DNA of 64,000 nt from Lytechinus pictus (Eukaryota): assembly GCF_037042905.1 (NCBI RefSeq), contig NC_087246.1:15252001-15316000 (forward strand), given 5' to 3'. This document shows positions 1-13,600 of the stretch, piece by piece; positions within the stretch are counted from its first letter, which is position 1; each line of letters opens with the position of its first letter. The position numbers and the translations under genes were made by a program. Under the pieces are notes generated by a model that was not told the origin of the DNA, did not search any database, and saw nothing but the letters and a program-made list of their open reading frames with translations.

Positions 1-594
1 GCATAAGAGAAATGAGACACGCTTAGAAATCAATAAAAGCTACAACTCTAATATTAAATTTTAATTGTATTGTGAGGAATTAGGTTAATAATGGAGATTG
101 TGATGATATATAGATTGATTGACGTGATTTTACATGAACGTGCAATTACATAGTAAGTATAATGTTATTTGTGATAGATGACAAGATTGAAAAAGCTTTC
201 ATATTAATTTCTCTCTCCTTTTCTCTGTCGCTACCGTCCAATGGAATCCAGATTTCTCTTTCAGTCATTATGCCCCACCCCCTTCTCTCCTCTCCCCCTT
301 TCTCCCCCTCTCTCTCTTCATCTTCAACTTCTGTTCTTCATGTATGTACATGTATCTCTCATTGCAACTAAATTTATTTCAATACCAACTTTTGCATTAA
401 CTCACAACTTATGTTACGTTACATATTAATTTGGTAAAGAAAAGTTGATTATTTTTATCAGAACATCCAAATATATTTGGGTGTCTGAACTATACTATCT
501 AACAGAGTTTGTTTTTAATGGTTAAACTTGCCATAATGATATTATTAAATAATATTTAAGCGCTCAAAATATAAATGATTTTCGCCGGCCTTAC

Positions 595-3279
595 CTTGCA
601 AGAGAGAGACTGAAGATGATTGTATATCGACATAGTATTGAGTCTGCACAATAACGACCGTTGCGCTAAAGGGAGTGGAGTAGGAAAATACGAGTTTTAA
701 AAAACTGTACACTGCAATTTCGGAGATTGTGATATGATATCCAAGGTAACAATCCGCGAAAAAAAATGAAGAAAGATATACGTATAGGTATGTCTTACAT
801 CCGCGAGTATAACTAAAAGTACAAGTAAGTCTTAAAGTTATGTTCCTACTGTCATTTTTCGCACCCGATTGAAACCGTGCTCTGTATCTTGGAGTTCTTA
901 TACTGTACGACTCTTATTAGATCAAGTCGTTTTGATTGTTGGACGGCTCAAAACTTTTCGCGATCAGCTCGGAAAGACTAATCCTAACGGAACACGCAAC
1001 AGTGGTAACGAAGTACTAGCTACATAACAATATCTAAGATCTTTCCCTGCAATAGTAGGTCATTTTGTCAATTAATATGTTAATCTGTTTGGGTCATGCG
1101 AATTCTCCTAATATCGTCCAGATTTGAAACGTTTATTTCAAGTGCCGCCAGTGCGCTTCGTATAAGAGCAGAAAACACAGCTTGGCGCAATAAAAAATAT
1201 ATTATAGCATTATAACATTGAATGTTGTAATTACTATGTCTCTAATTATGTCTCTACGTAATAATTACAATGTTTCTATATCATGTCGCTTTATAATGAA
1301 AAATATAATGTTCTAAAATAATGTCTCTTTACCATGTCTCTATACGTCTTAAATATATCTCTATTACAATATCTCTAGATTCTGTCTCTATGGTAATGTC
1401 TTTATATCATGCATATATATAAAATAAGTTTCTTTTTATATTAGAAGAATGTAAGATAATTTACAGTACGCTCATATATAATGTTTCGTAGTTTTATTCA
1501 AACATATCGGCATTACGCAAACTTACTGAAATGTGATGGATCCAAGTGCTGTAGTCTGCGGTGCTATCCACGTGAATATCTGAGGAAGAACCTTGTTATT
1601 ATTACTCGTGTGCGTAATAGAATCGCCGTTACTGGAACAAGACCTGGTCTGAAAATCCGATGATAGGTCAGAGGTGGACCAGGAACCAACGATAGCACCA
1701 GATGACGTCCTGGCCTGGAGAAGGATACCTCGGTACTGACTCGAGTCTTGAGCTTGAAGTTGCACTGCAGGAGACACATGGAAAGTTCATATAATTGTCA
1801 TGATCACTGTGTGACTAATTTCATATTAATGCGTTGACTCGATCGTAAGTGCACATTAATATAATTTTCACTCTCACAATATCTTGTCAAACACAAACAA
1901 TTTCAGGCATTAGAATAGAGGTTTCTATTTTTTGTCCATGAGGAGATGTGGGTTAGGGAGCAGAGTTACAGGACTTTAATGACACCCCCCTTCTGTTTGC
2001 CTTTCAGGAAATGTTCGCCCTTCCAGCGAGGTTTGTCAGGTACATTACTGCCATCGAGTCGTTCTTGTCTCCCAATGATCCAACAAACAGAGTTAACATA
2101 TCTTTTTCTTTCTTTTTCACTGCTAAACATTCCCCTCAACACATTACATAATTGGAAGATCAGTGAATTCATCATTATCTTTTCGTTATATAACCGAAAT
2201 CTACAGTATACCTTTCATAATTTTCATAATTATGATAGGACCAGTAACCACAATAATGTAGTAATTACTGCATGCCCATTTAAAACGTTTGCAATTTCCA
2301 GATATTTCATCACCTTGCCGAAGGTACAAAATACTTATAATAATATTACTAACCACCAGTGTGAAATTGTAAATGCAAGCTCCTTGGTAAATGGAATGCT
2401 TTTAAATCTGATCCTCATTATTTATGTTTTCGCTCACTTATCTTTAGGCAACATATCTTAAGAACGTACATTTTGTATGCACCATGGACGTTTATTATGG
2501 ACGCTTGAATATAAATACGTACATGTATATTGTAAATTACATAAATGTTTCTTAAAATGTATTGTTTTTAAATTCAATGTATGTTCACACTGAGCACACA
2601 TGTTCAAGCATTAATTTAATTGTCTTGTCTCTCTTAATGGTAAATGTACATCTACAGATGATTTTTTTTTCAGTGGCCAGTCATATTTTCCTTTCTAACG
2701 ACATGAGTATATTTTGCCGGTTTCATGGCCACTAAAATAGATGTGTCATTACTTCAAAATAAAGGAACCAACTGCGTGAACTACATGTCACTTTAGTGAA
2801 TATACATGTAACGCCTCTGCTAGTGTGAAAATAGAGACAAAATATTTCCATGTTGTTCGATGTATTATAATAACCTTCAGTCGTTAAATTCGTAACTGGA
2901 TGTTTCTATAAGAGTTCGTAAGTTGAAAATTTAATTACTAAATTGAAAGTTCATTTCTAGAGTTCGATTGTGGTCCTCTAACCATACACGGTTTCTCATT
3001 GACTAGAGCCAGTCATCACTAACAGTTGTGATTGTATGACACTATAATTCAATTTGGTTCTTAGTATTTGTTCAATCGGTTAACAATATTTTATGTCCTC
3101 CTGAATAGTCGTTAATGAATTTAAGAAGAATGTAAATTGATACATTTCTGTATGCTATTATTTTTCAATAAGAGTTACATTATTCGGTTAACCTTTTTCA
3201 TTATCACTCTCACCCCTCTCTAGTCCTTGTCCCTGTCCCTCTCAATCTATGTATATTCATTTTCAACCCCCTCCTTTTA

Positions 3280-3313
<34 letters not shown>

Positions 3314-6300
3314 CCTCTCTATACCTTTCCCTCACTAAAAAAATGAAATGTTAAATCAACATTTGAAATATTGGAGGAGTGTCAACCTTTTCTAAATGAT
3401 TCATATACAACTTTAAATGGTTCGACCCAACACTTAAAATGTTGGATTCGGGTTTATGAATGGTTGGAATGTAACATTTAGAAAAGGGTGTCTCTCCTCC
3501 AACCTTTCAAATGTTGATTTAACATTTTCATTTTTTTAAAGTGCTCTTTTTTCTATCGCTCTACCTTCTACTATTTTCAGTATCTCTATCCGTTCATCTC
3601 TTGCCTTTTCTCTATTATTGTCCACCACTCCGCAGCCATGTCGATCAACGATCTTACTAAACTCCCACCAATTGACTTCATTGTTAAATTCATTGTTCTA
3701 ATAAGACCTTTACAGTAATACCACAAGCACTTTCTTGAATGCTTTCTATCAAAAGTCTTTAAACGTTTATCATAACTAAATAAGAATTTTGATTAAAAAG
3801 CGTTGCAATACGCTTTAGTTCATAAAATAAGTTATGAAAAGACTAACAAAAAACACACTGAAGTGGAACCTAACGAGCTATATTCGGCATTGGGCATACC
3901 ACTACACCTTCATAGCCTTGATAGAGAGGAGGGAGTTGGTGCACACCCTTTTAAGTACGTGCTCCAGGAAATACGGTAATGTTTACTATTGCATTGCATA
4001 ATTGCGACCACAATAATGTACGGGGTGAGGCTCTTTTCGTCAATAATGCATTAAATATTTGACCTCCAATTAGAGGTTTTATAAAACAACAATTTTCCAG
4101 ACATACAAATGTTTGTCAAACTTTCAGTTCAAGATGACAAAGAAGGGGCGTGATTGTATTATTATTTTAATCTTTTATCTTAAATGCTACAAATTATGTG
4201 TCCTTGTATATATACTTAAGATTTGTTAAAATGTGACAACTAGGAATACTTTCCAATTGTTTTTACAAAACGGACTATAAATATATGTAGAGAAAAGGCT
4301 AAATGTTTGAATGTTCCTCGGTTAGGCACCTTCACTAGGCACAGGGAATTCCGTAAATGTACCGTGAACTGACGACACATTTGAAAAGTACAATTTTGGA
4401 GCAGAATGAGAAGAAATCGCTCGACGAGCTTTTAATTCCCTGATTTGAGCTCCCTTCCGCTATTTTGGTCTATGAATCCTTGGTCTTTATGCTTCACATG
4501 CATGTGTCATAAATTTTATTGTATTGAATATAGTCAAACTCCATTGACCTGGCTCTAATTCAATGAAAAAACATACAAAATGACCGTTACCTAAAGACCA
4601 TTTTATTATCATAACGGAACCGGGCATTGTTCATTCTTAACCTTTAATCAAAGCGAAATGGGAAAAATGAATTCGGACTATAAATCACCGTATGCATCAT
4701 TTGATCTCTTTATACAAGTTTGTTATCTCTAGAATAATGTGTATGTGAAAGGTCGTAGAACAATTGTCATTATAGCGCTGAATAGGGTTTAAGCTTTCCA
4801 ACGATTCTACTTGTATTCGAATCTTGATTAATCTACTACTAACCCAGATTAATAATATGATTACTGTAAAAATCGTATTGATAGAAAGCGGCAGTAAAAT
4901 ACAAAAAGGGATGATATCAACTACTGCCTTGTGCAAGATATTTGAACATAGTAATATTCCTGGCAAATAACAGTGTGGGAAACAAAGTGACTTTCTTTCC
5001 AATTTAATTACCTCTTTTAAATGGTAATTTCATTTATAAATAATAAGATTTTGTTAACTCTTATCATTTTTCTAAAGTGTGACATTTTGTTAAATATATT
5101 ATTAAATACTCAAGTTGATATATGTATATATGCATATCTGTATATATTATCTTCTGTCATTGTGATATAGGCTACAGATGGTTGAGTACATACCAAGACT
5201 TCATCAAATCGTGGAGCTATTTTTGTGTGTTAATACATTAAACTCCATGATCAAATCAATATGACACCTTTTTCTCAGATAAGAATGTGAGGGTTCCGGG
5301 TTCCGGGTTTATCAGGATACGTTTTATTTAGATGGCGACTTTGATTCATTCCAGTCAAAAAGCAAGCAGCAAATCAAATAAGTGCCAACTATACTCGCAG
5401 ATATCTAAAATGCAAGTGGTGTGATAAAAAACTAATATTGACTGTCCGTAATGCATTGATTCGACCAATCGAATGTGTGTCTATGAGCGTAACATGCTAT
5501 CGCCTTGGTTTCCATGGTTTGTCTCTAGTTGACGTTCAGACAACAAAAATTACTTCGTATAGTTTTATAGTTCCATTATTTTCTCCCTCAACAGAATACA
5601 TGTGGCATCTTCTGAAGTTGCGAATGAAACCCCGATAAGAACGGTATCATTTACAAAATTGCGAATGTTTAATAAAAGAAAGATCATCAATCTCTCAACC
5701 GGAACGAGTCTCCACTGTATTCACTACTCGGTTTGTGATTTTTCAGCCTTTACGTGAAATGTTTACCCTCTCAAGTCTAAACCAACTTTCAGTAGATACT
5801 TATGCATGAAAAGTAATAGTCTGAACAGGCCATGCGGCATGTTTGCATACAGGTTAGCCGAATCTACCATTCTGTGTATATAAATACTTACTGTGGAGGG
5901 GGGTTGATCAGTGAAAGCGAAATCATCTCTTAAATCAGCTGGTGACAAATGATATCACACTCAGTATCCAACGATAAATTTAAGAAATACTAAATGCCTT
6001 AACCCCAAGATATCATTTCTCAAATGTTGATGATAATGGTGATGGTGAAGATGATGATGAAAATAATGATAAAGATAAGGATATTGTTTCATCATAAAAG
6101 TTCAAGTCCACTCCAACGAAAAGTTGACTTGAATAAAAAAAAGATCAATCAAGCTTAACCCTGGAAATTTCTTCAAAATCGGTTGTAAAATAATATGCAA
6201 ATGAGAGAGTTGATGATGTCCCCTACTCACTATTTCTTTTGTTTTTCAATGTTTTAATTATACAATATTTCATTTTTTTACTGATAGGACAATAATAAGG

Positions 6301-7555
6301 TCTCTCTTGTTTAAATCACAAAAATGTTACTACAATGATAATTACATGTTTACGGAGGAATAAAACTTCAGTTTCTTATGACAATAAGGAGAAAATTATA
6401 ATATTTCATATTCCTTGTAATGAAATACAAAAGAAATAGTGAGTTGATGATGCCATCAGTCTCCTCATTTGCATACCGACCAGGACGTGAATATAGCTAT
6501 TTTGTGAAATTAAACAAAATTTTAAAAGGTCATAACTTTCTTACGTATTTATCTTACATCAGATTTTGATGAAAATGTCAGTGTTTTGCTTGTTTGTTTT
6601 TCTCTTTTCATTGTCTTGTCCTTTAACATTTCAATAATTTTGATCATAATTCCGATATTCCGCTTTTGCCACATGGATTGCATATGAAAATTGAACTGAG
6701 ATACATGCATGTAGTGAGATAATGTTCCACGATATTAAATATGATAAAATCGATGGCTTATCTGAAATAGAATCCAATTTCAAAAGTACTTAAAATAAAT
6801 TCCAAGTAACACGAGACACATTGATCCATTTCGATATCATAACATGCGTTTCTATAGAAACGTGTAAATAATGATCTGTGATACACAATTTCATCCACAT
6901 TGCACTCATCATATATCTCTAGCGCGGTCCCGCCATAATTTCTTATAGAAATTACGTAATTTCTGGAAGAATAATTATGATTTAACATGTAGGCCGTCAG
7001 ATTGTCACGCTGCAGTGTGCTGCATGGTGCAACATTTTATTGTCTTGGTGAATTGATACGTGGAGGTGCCTCCATGATTGGTATAATAATTACGTGTGTC
7101 TTGTGTGGTACAATGAAAGTAGTGTATATGCCTGACCTTCTTCAGTAGATGTGGAATTGATTGCACTACAACAGAGGTATCAAATAATAGAAATTCCACA
7201 CTTGTACAACAAGCATGGCAGGTAGCATCGAAGCAACNNNNNNNNNNNNNNNNNNNNNNNNNNNNNNNNNNNNNNNNNNNNNNNNNNNNNNNNNNNNNNN
7301 NNNNNNNNNNNNNNNNNNNNNNNNNNNNNNNNNNNNNNNNNNNNNNNNNNNNNNNNNNNNNNNNNNNNNNNNNNNNNNNNNNNNNNNNNNNNNNNNNNNN
7401 NNNNNNNNNNNNNNNNNNNNNNNNNNNNNNNNNNNNNNNNNNNNNNNNNGTAGAAGACGTAGTAGCCTAGTAGAAGACGTCGTCGTCGTAGTAGTAGTAC
7501 TATTTCTAAAAGTATTAGTAGTAGCAGCATACTTAGTAGTAATATAGTAGTCACT

Positions 7556-7606
<51 letters not shown>

Positions 7607-10600
7607 AGTAGTAGTAGTAGTAATAGTAGTGGTACATGTACATTCGAATCAATGCGCCTGTTGTCCAGAGCTATAAAAAATCCCCTATTCAATTGTGAAT
7701 AGAAACCTTAGCACATAGACTATCAGTAAAATTCCTTTCTAAAATTAACAAGATTCTTTTGAAAATTACGAAATCTTTTCATAATTGTTTCTCAGCATGG
7801 TCTATTCATGTTGAAAAAAAAAATTATCATTTAACATTATCATTTATTTGCTATATAGGGTTTGATAATTGAATAAATTCCATGCTTCCAAATGCTTGAC
7901 ACACCTTCGATCATTACAATTATATTTGCTGAAAATATACATTTCCCCATGAAGGTTCAAATGATTCAATTAATCACACGTCATTAAGTCACACAATTTA
8001 ACAAAACAGAAATGAAGGTGTATTGTTTGTATACAAACCAGCCAATGTACCATAATACGAATCAGCTATTTTGATAGGTTTTTAAGTGGTTACCAAACTC
8101 AGTTTGGTACACCAGTATACATGTAGAAATACGTGTGACTGGTCTTGTACTGTTATCCATTCCATCAATGGACTGGTCTCAGGTTGAAAATAAATAAATT
8201 GTTCTTCCGTATTCACATATGCCTGAAGGGGTGCTATTTTGTCCCAAAATTTTGACAAGGAAAAAAAAAAAAAGAGGTCATCACTCCGAAATGAAGACGA
8301 ATAAGAACTTTGGGTGCGCACCATGTCGAAGGAGCGTGGCAAACTTTTAATGTACATAACTTTAACGCGGACAAAATGAATACTAGCGCAAGGCTACAAG
8401 GCTTTTACAGATCGGACTAAAATCCATAATACCAAAGTATTAACCGCATGTTAAAAATACAATACGAAGAAGACTTTAGTCTATTTCCCTTTATGTCATT
8501 TGTGTGGTTTAAAGGAAGCGCATGGGCAAATATCTCATGGTCATATTCGAAAAAAAAATCAATGTTACATAGCAAATTCAATAAACCGCGCATGTATGAA
8601 ATCCAAAATGCATAAATAGAAGGACCTTTCTGACATAACGTTTTTCACGTTGCTTATTCGTGATTTAACACGAAGATGGTTTCAATAATATCTACCCTTT
8701 TTTTACTTTTAGCTATGATTTGTCTGTAACATCATGCTACTATGAACATGGAAACAGGACAATATTAGTATATGACACACCCTACAACACTGAAGGAGCT
8801 CCGATGACGTAATCACATTGAGAATTTCGATTCTTTGAATAGGTCTTTCTGCTCACAACAAAAGACGGGCATATTTTGAAGGAAACGTTTTTTCACTCCT
8901 TGGATAAGCGGATTTAAAACCAGTTGGATAACCAAGGATTTACCTAAATTGATTCAGGACTGCATTTTACATATATATGTCTATACATTTCTATACATGT
9001 ATATGACAATTATCATGATTATGTGATAATGATAATGTACATAGCATGCTCATTCATAAGTAATTCCACCTGAATGTGTTTTCAACACACAAGTTTATCA
9101 ACGCAAGAAAAATATTTTAAAACATGTAGAATCTATTTCAACAACTTATGTTATCATCATATATAGAGGGAGTAAGGAGGTCGAATGTTACGATAGTTAT
9201 ACATAAACTGACATAGCAAAACATGTATCCTTTAAAACCGTGATTCCATACATGATATTGGATAAAGAGAATGTCTGAGCGATTCACGAAAACCGGATAC
9301 AAAAAAATTATGTCTTTGTCAAAAGGTATGACTGGAACATTTTTATATTTCTTCATTGAAAGCACACTCCTATTCACAGGGGGTGGGGTAAGGAGAATGA
9401 AAATTATATGTTTAGTTTATGTGCGGACCTTGAATGGGCCAACAGATTTCTATAGAGAGTTTAATCGTTCGATTGTTCTCAACCTTGGACATTATGAGCT
9501 ATAATCACAAATGTCGAACATTTCGCTCTTTGATACTTAATTATCAATGATAATATGATACAATTTTCAACTTCAAGTCCAGTGAATTAACGGTAATGTA
9601 CTTGAAATGGTTTATTTTCCTTTATTAGTCAGTTGACAGGTTAATATTGATTCAAATGACCTTCAATTAAATCCTTTTCAATTTTTGAACAAACAGCAGA
9701 TTTTATCAAGAAATCTGGTCTTATAATCATAATCGGAAATTGGGATCTGTTTGAATGGTTTGGAAGAGAATAATTCAGAGTGTGTGAAATGTTCCACAAT
9801 GTCGTTATTATTGTGTGTGTGTATGTATGTATGTATATACATATATATATAATATCTCCAATAAACTGTATACAAATTAGAATAAAAAGAACCCGACAGG
9901 GAGCATATGAGCAATAAAACATGGAAAAGGTGAAGTTTGTTGCTATTGTTTCAGCTGCTATAGCGGATCGATATTATACCGTCTGGTCATAAGGCGTTTC
10001 ACTCATTCCTGTGAAAATCTACAGTTCGCGGAAATATAAATAGTAACTTCCCTCTTTCATAAAATTTCAACCTCATTTCTATTTGGTAGAATCTAGGACG
10101 AGTGATAGAAGCATAAATTAATATCAAATATTTTTCATCACATCCCTGGTTAATCAAGAGTTTTGAAAGAAACAAGTCGTATTTTCGTGGATGATGATGG
10201 TGATGGTGATGACACAAAAATCCTATCGGAAAACTCACCGCTAAATAAAAAGTTTTACTCGATATTAAAAATCTAAACAATATTGAACATTGTCACTCAG
10301 TGCCTTTGCTAATGGTGTAATAGTTGACATAATACCGCAAAAAGCAAAATAATTCTCAAAATTTCACCAGGTTGTAAGTCAATACATTTTTTAAAGTAAA
10401 TGCCAAAGGCAACAAAAATGATTCCGAATGGTAAATAAAATAAAATCAGCGTAGCCTTGTTAATGAAAATACTAAGATAGGACTAGCTTTTATTTCATAT
10501 TCATAAATTGTCATTGCGCAATTTAAAAGATCATAAAGTGTAATTCATTTGCAGGTTCATTTGTTGCAAAACGAAACTAAAAAGACCCATAATGGGTATG

Positions 10601-13600
10601 ACTGCACCCTAAAATACATTAGGTTGGTAAATATAATGAATCCAATGACAACTGTTAGCTAAACAGAATTGCATTTAAAGGGAATTCATTTTAAAAGAAA
10701 AGTTATTTATAAAACAAAATGAATTTCTGAAAGCTTCAGCTTTCATGCAAGTCAATAAAAATCAGGGTCTCGTCTTACAAAGGTTTACGATTGATCAGAT
10801 CAACCTAAGTGGAAATCCGACAATGTCATAATTTTTCTCCAGGAAATTTACACAATGTCCTTTGCAAGCATCAGCACACTGATTTTTTTTTTAAAACGAT
10901 GACTTAATGACATATTGATGTTACCGACTTTCCATGGTTGTGATTGATCGGATCAATCGAAAATCTTTGTAAATCGGGGGCCCAGACATACAGTTTTAGG
11001 TCCTTTACATAGATCATAGGATTAATAACTAATCTAATTATAGCACATTGTCTTTGATTGTGTGCATGGTTTCATAACATAAATCTTAACGATTGATTGT
11101 ACAGACATGTATGGATTTATGTCATTAATCGTTAGAATTAATCAGTCATGCCATCAATTGCTACGTTTTGTAACACGTGGACCTATATGGATCAAGTAAA
11201 TTGTATCATATAATCCACGGGACATCATTACATGTACGAATGAAATAACAGTGTGATGTGAAAATCTAACCAGCCTCTTCAAACATCACTTGTCACTTAA
11301 ATGCGATATACGTGATTGGTTTTATTAAAAGGAATCTAACTATAAATGGAAAAGTTCCTTGTGTGATGTTTATATCTTAACTGCACAGGGTGATACCGTA
11401 GTTTTCGATAGGGGCAAAATCACCTAAAGAGAGTTATCTTTTATTTTTCATCCAAAATAGAGGTAACGAAGCATATATTGACGCTCAAATTCAACACTTT
11501 CGATGATTCCAAGTATTTGTTATTTTTTCTTCTTCTTCTTCTTGATGTTTGATCACTCGCAGATTCATAAGGGGCTGTCGCACTATATGCCCCTGAAGCG
11601 AAGCTAACTGTATTTTGTATTATAAAGGCGTTTCAAATAGTGAAAGGCAAAATTTAAATTTAGGTTTGAGTATAGAGACAAAAGAGAGGAATTGATCGGG
11701 GCAATTCTGATAAAATTCAGTATCTTATCAATATAATTACAATTGTAATGTCGTTGGTAGCAGTAGTAACAGCAGAAGCAATGTAGTAGTAGTAGTAGTA
11801 GTAGTTGCATAGGTAAATTGCAAAAAATCATGTAGTCATATTTTTACTCTTATTCACTAAATAAGGCTCCTGGAAAACTAATTTGTGGTGAAAATATTCT
11901 TTACGGGATTTCTGCAAAGGAAAATTTTGCAGAGGATAAAATTCCAGTGCCAATATCAATTTCTTATGTATTCTATTGTTTTTTAAATTTCTTGTGTATT
12001 TTTTTCTTTTTAATCGTTTAAAAGAAACGGGTCTTATTTCAGTTATAAATAGCATCAAATTAAATAACTGTTTTTAATAAAAGTGAGAATAATCACTAAT
12101 TCATTAATTTTAGATGAAACAGATATTGTATTGACTTTGTACATGATAAACATAATTTTGATCTGACATGAACTTGAATAATGTTGCGTAATTTCGTAAC
12201 TGCGTGCGCGGGCGTCACAAATTTGGTCTCAAGAGTTGCGCGAGATTTGAAAGTAAAAGTCAGCGAGCGGCGCGGTCAAAAATTTCGCACAGCGGATATA
12301 TCGCGAAAAATGTCGAGGGGGCCGAGGCTGAAAAGGCCTCCCCCAGGTAAGTTAGGGTTATATTTCTCACTGATTTTTTAAAAATAATTATTCAAAGAAA
12401 GTTTGATGACTTTACGCAGTGTCAATCACTTTGTTTTTCGTGCAATTTGAAATGGGTGCAGAATAAAAGTCCAATATTTATGACTGTTACACTGGGACAC
12501 TGACTCCGTGCTCGGCAATGAGCAAGAGCGAATATGTCATGTTTGAAAGATTGACCAATGGGTATTGATATCACCATCGTACAGGTAGAACTTGACTTAC
12601 GAGACAACCCATGAGAGATCACGTATACAAGGAGACATAATATTGATAGAAAAGCTTTAGGATGTTATTCTCTATCTACGTTAGATATAAACCTCTCTGC
12701 GGGTTAGCTCTAAACAAACTTCTGCTTGCAATGAAAGTATGAATTTCCCTCTCCATTCTTTCAAGTACATTATACATGTAGGTCGACTCCCACGATATCC
12801 CTTTCATTGAATAGTTAATCAATCTACATGTTAACAACCTCTTCCCTTTTTCTCACCCTCACAACTCAACTTCACCCCATACACCTTGATAACATCAATC
12901 TCTAAACAAGTTCGCATCACTCTTAAAATCATATCTAAATTCAAAGGCTAGACAAGATATTGTTTCACAATGCCGGTCTTAAAGTTTATAACGTTTCTGT
13001 TTGTGAAGTGCCGAAGTGTTAGCCCAAAACTTTTCCTGATTTTTTAAACGCAATATCCTTAAATTGATGTACATAAAAATACACTATTGCTGTACAGTAT
13101 GAGAAAAGATATAATCAACTTAAAAACATATGGGCAATTCCACAGGTTGATGGACATGAGCTTAAAAATTCAAATTCAATATTTTCTTGAATTTTTTAAT
13201 ACTTTAAGTCCTTCATGCTTGATAGTTTCAGGAACAAGAAATAAAAAGTTTATTTTCATATGTATACTTTGGAAAAAAATGGTCAAAAGTTGTGTCTTCC
13301 ATTCTGTACCAAAATACAAGAAAAATAGTGAAAAATGAAATATGCCTTATTACCATTTTGTTATTGCAACAACATACCACTTTATATATTTCTGAAGTTT
13401 AGAAGAGTCAAATTACCTAAAATACACAACAGCTTTTCAAGTAAATTTGTAGTACTCATTCAAAAATGAATATTGCAACTTGCTCAGGTGATGTAACGTG
13501 AGTAACCGAAAAAACTGACTTTGTTTTCTGAGAGAAAAATTCTTCACAGTTAATTGGTGGGATTTTAAATTCTCTTCCTTCAAACAATCTTTGACACAGT

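Noticed and set aside
1235-1410. Degenerate atgtctcta tandem repeats in reeler intron 2
   Set aside because: Ordinary decayed minisatellite.
1946-2461. 171-aa plus-strand ORF
   Set aside because: No recognisable motif, AT-rich composition, lies antisense inside the reeler intron; likely a chance ORF.
7180-7692. ORFs spanning N runs (also 22913-23172 and 36428-36916)
   Set aside because: Artefacts of assembly gaps and microsatellites.
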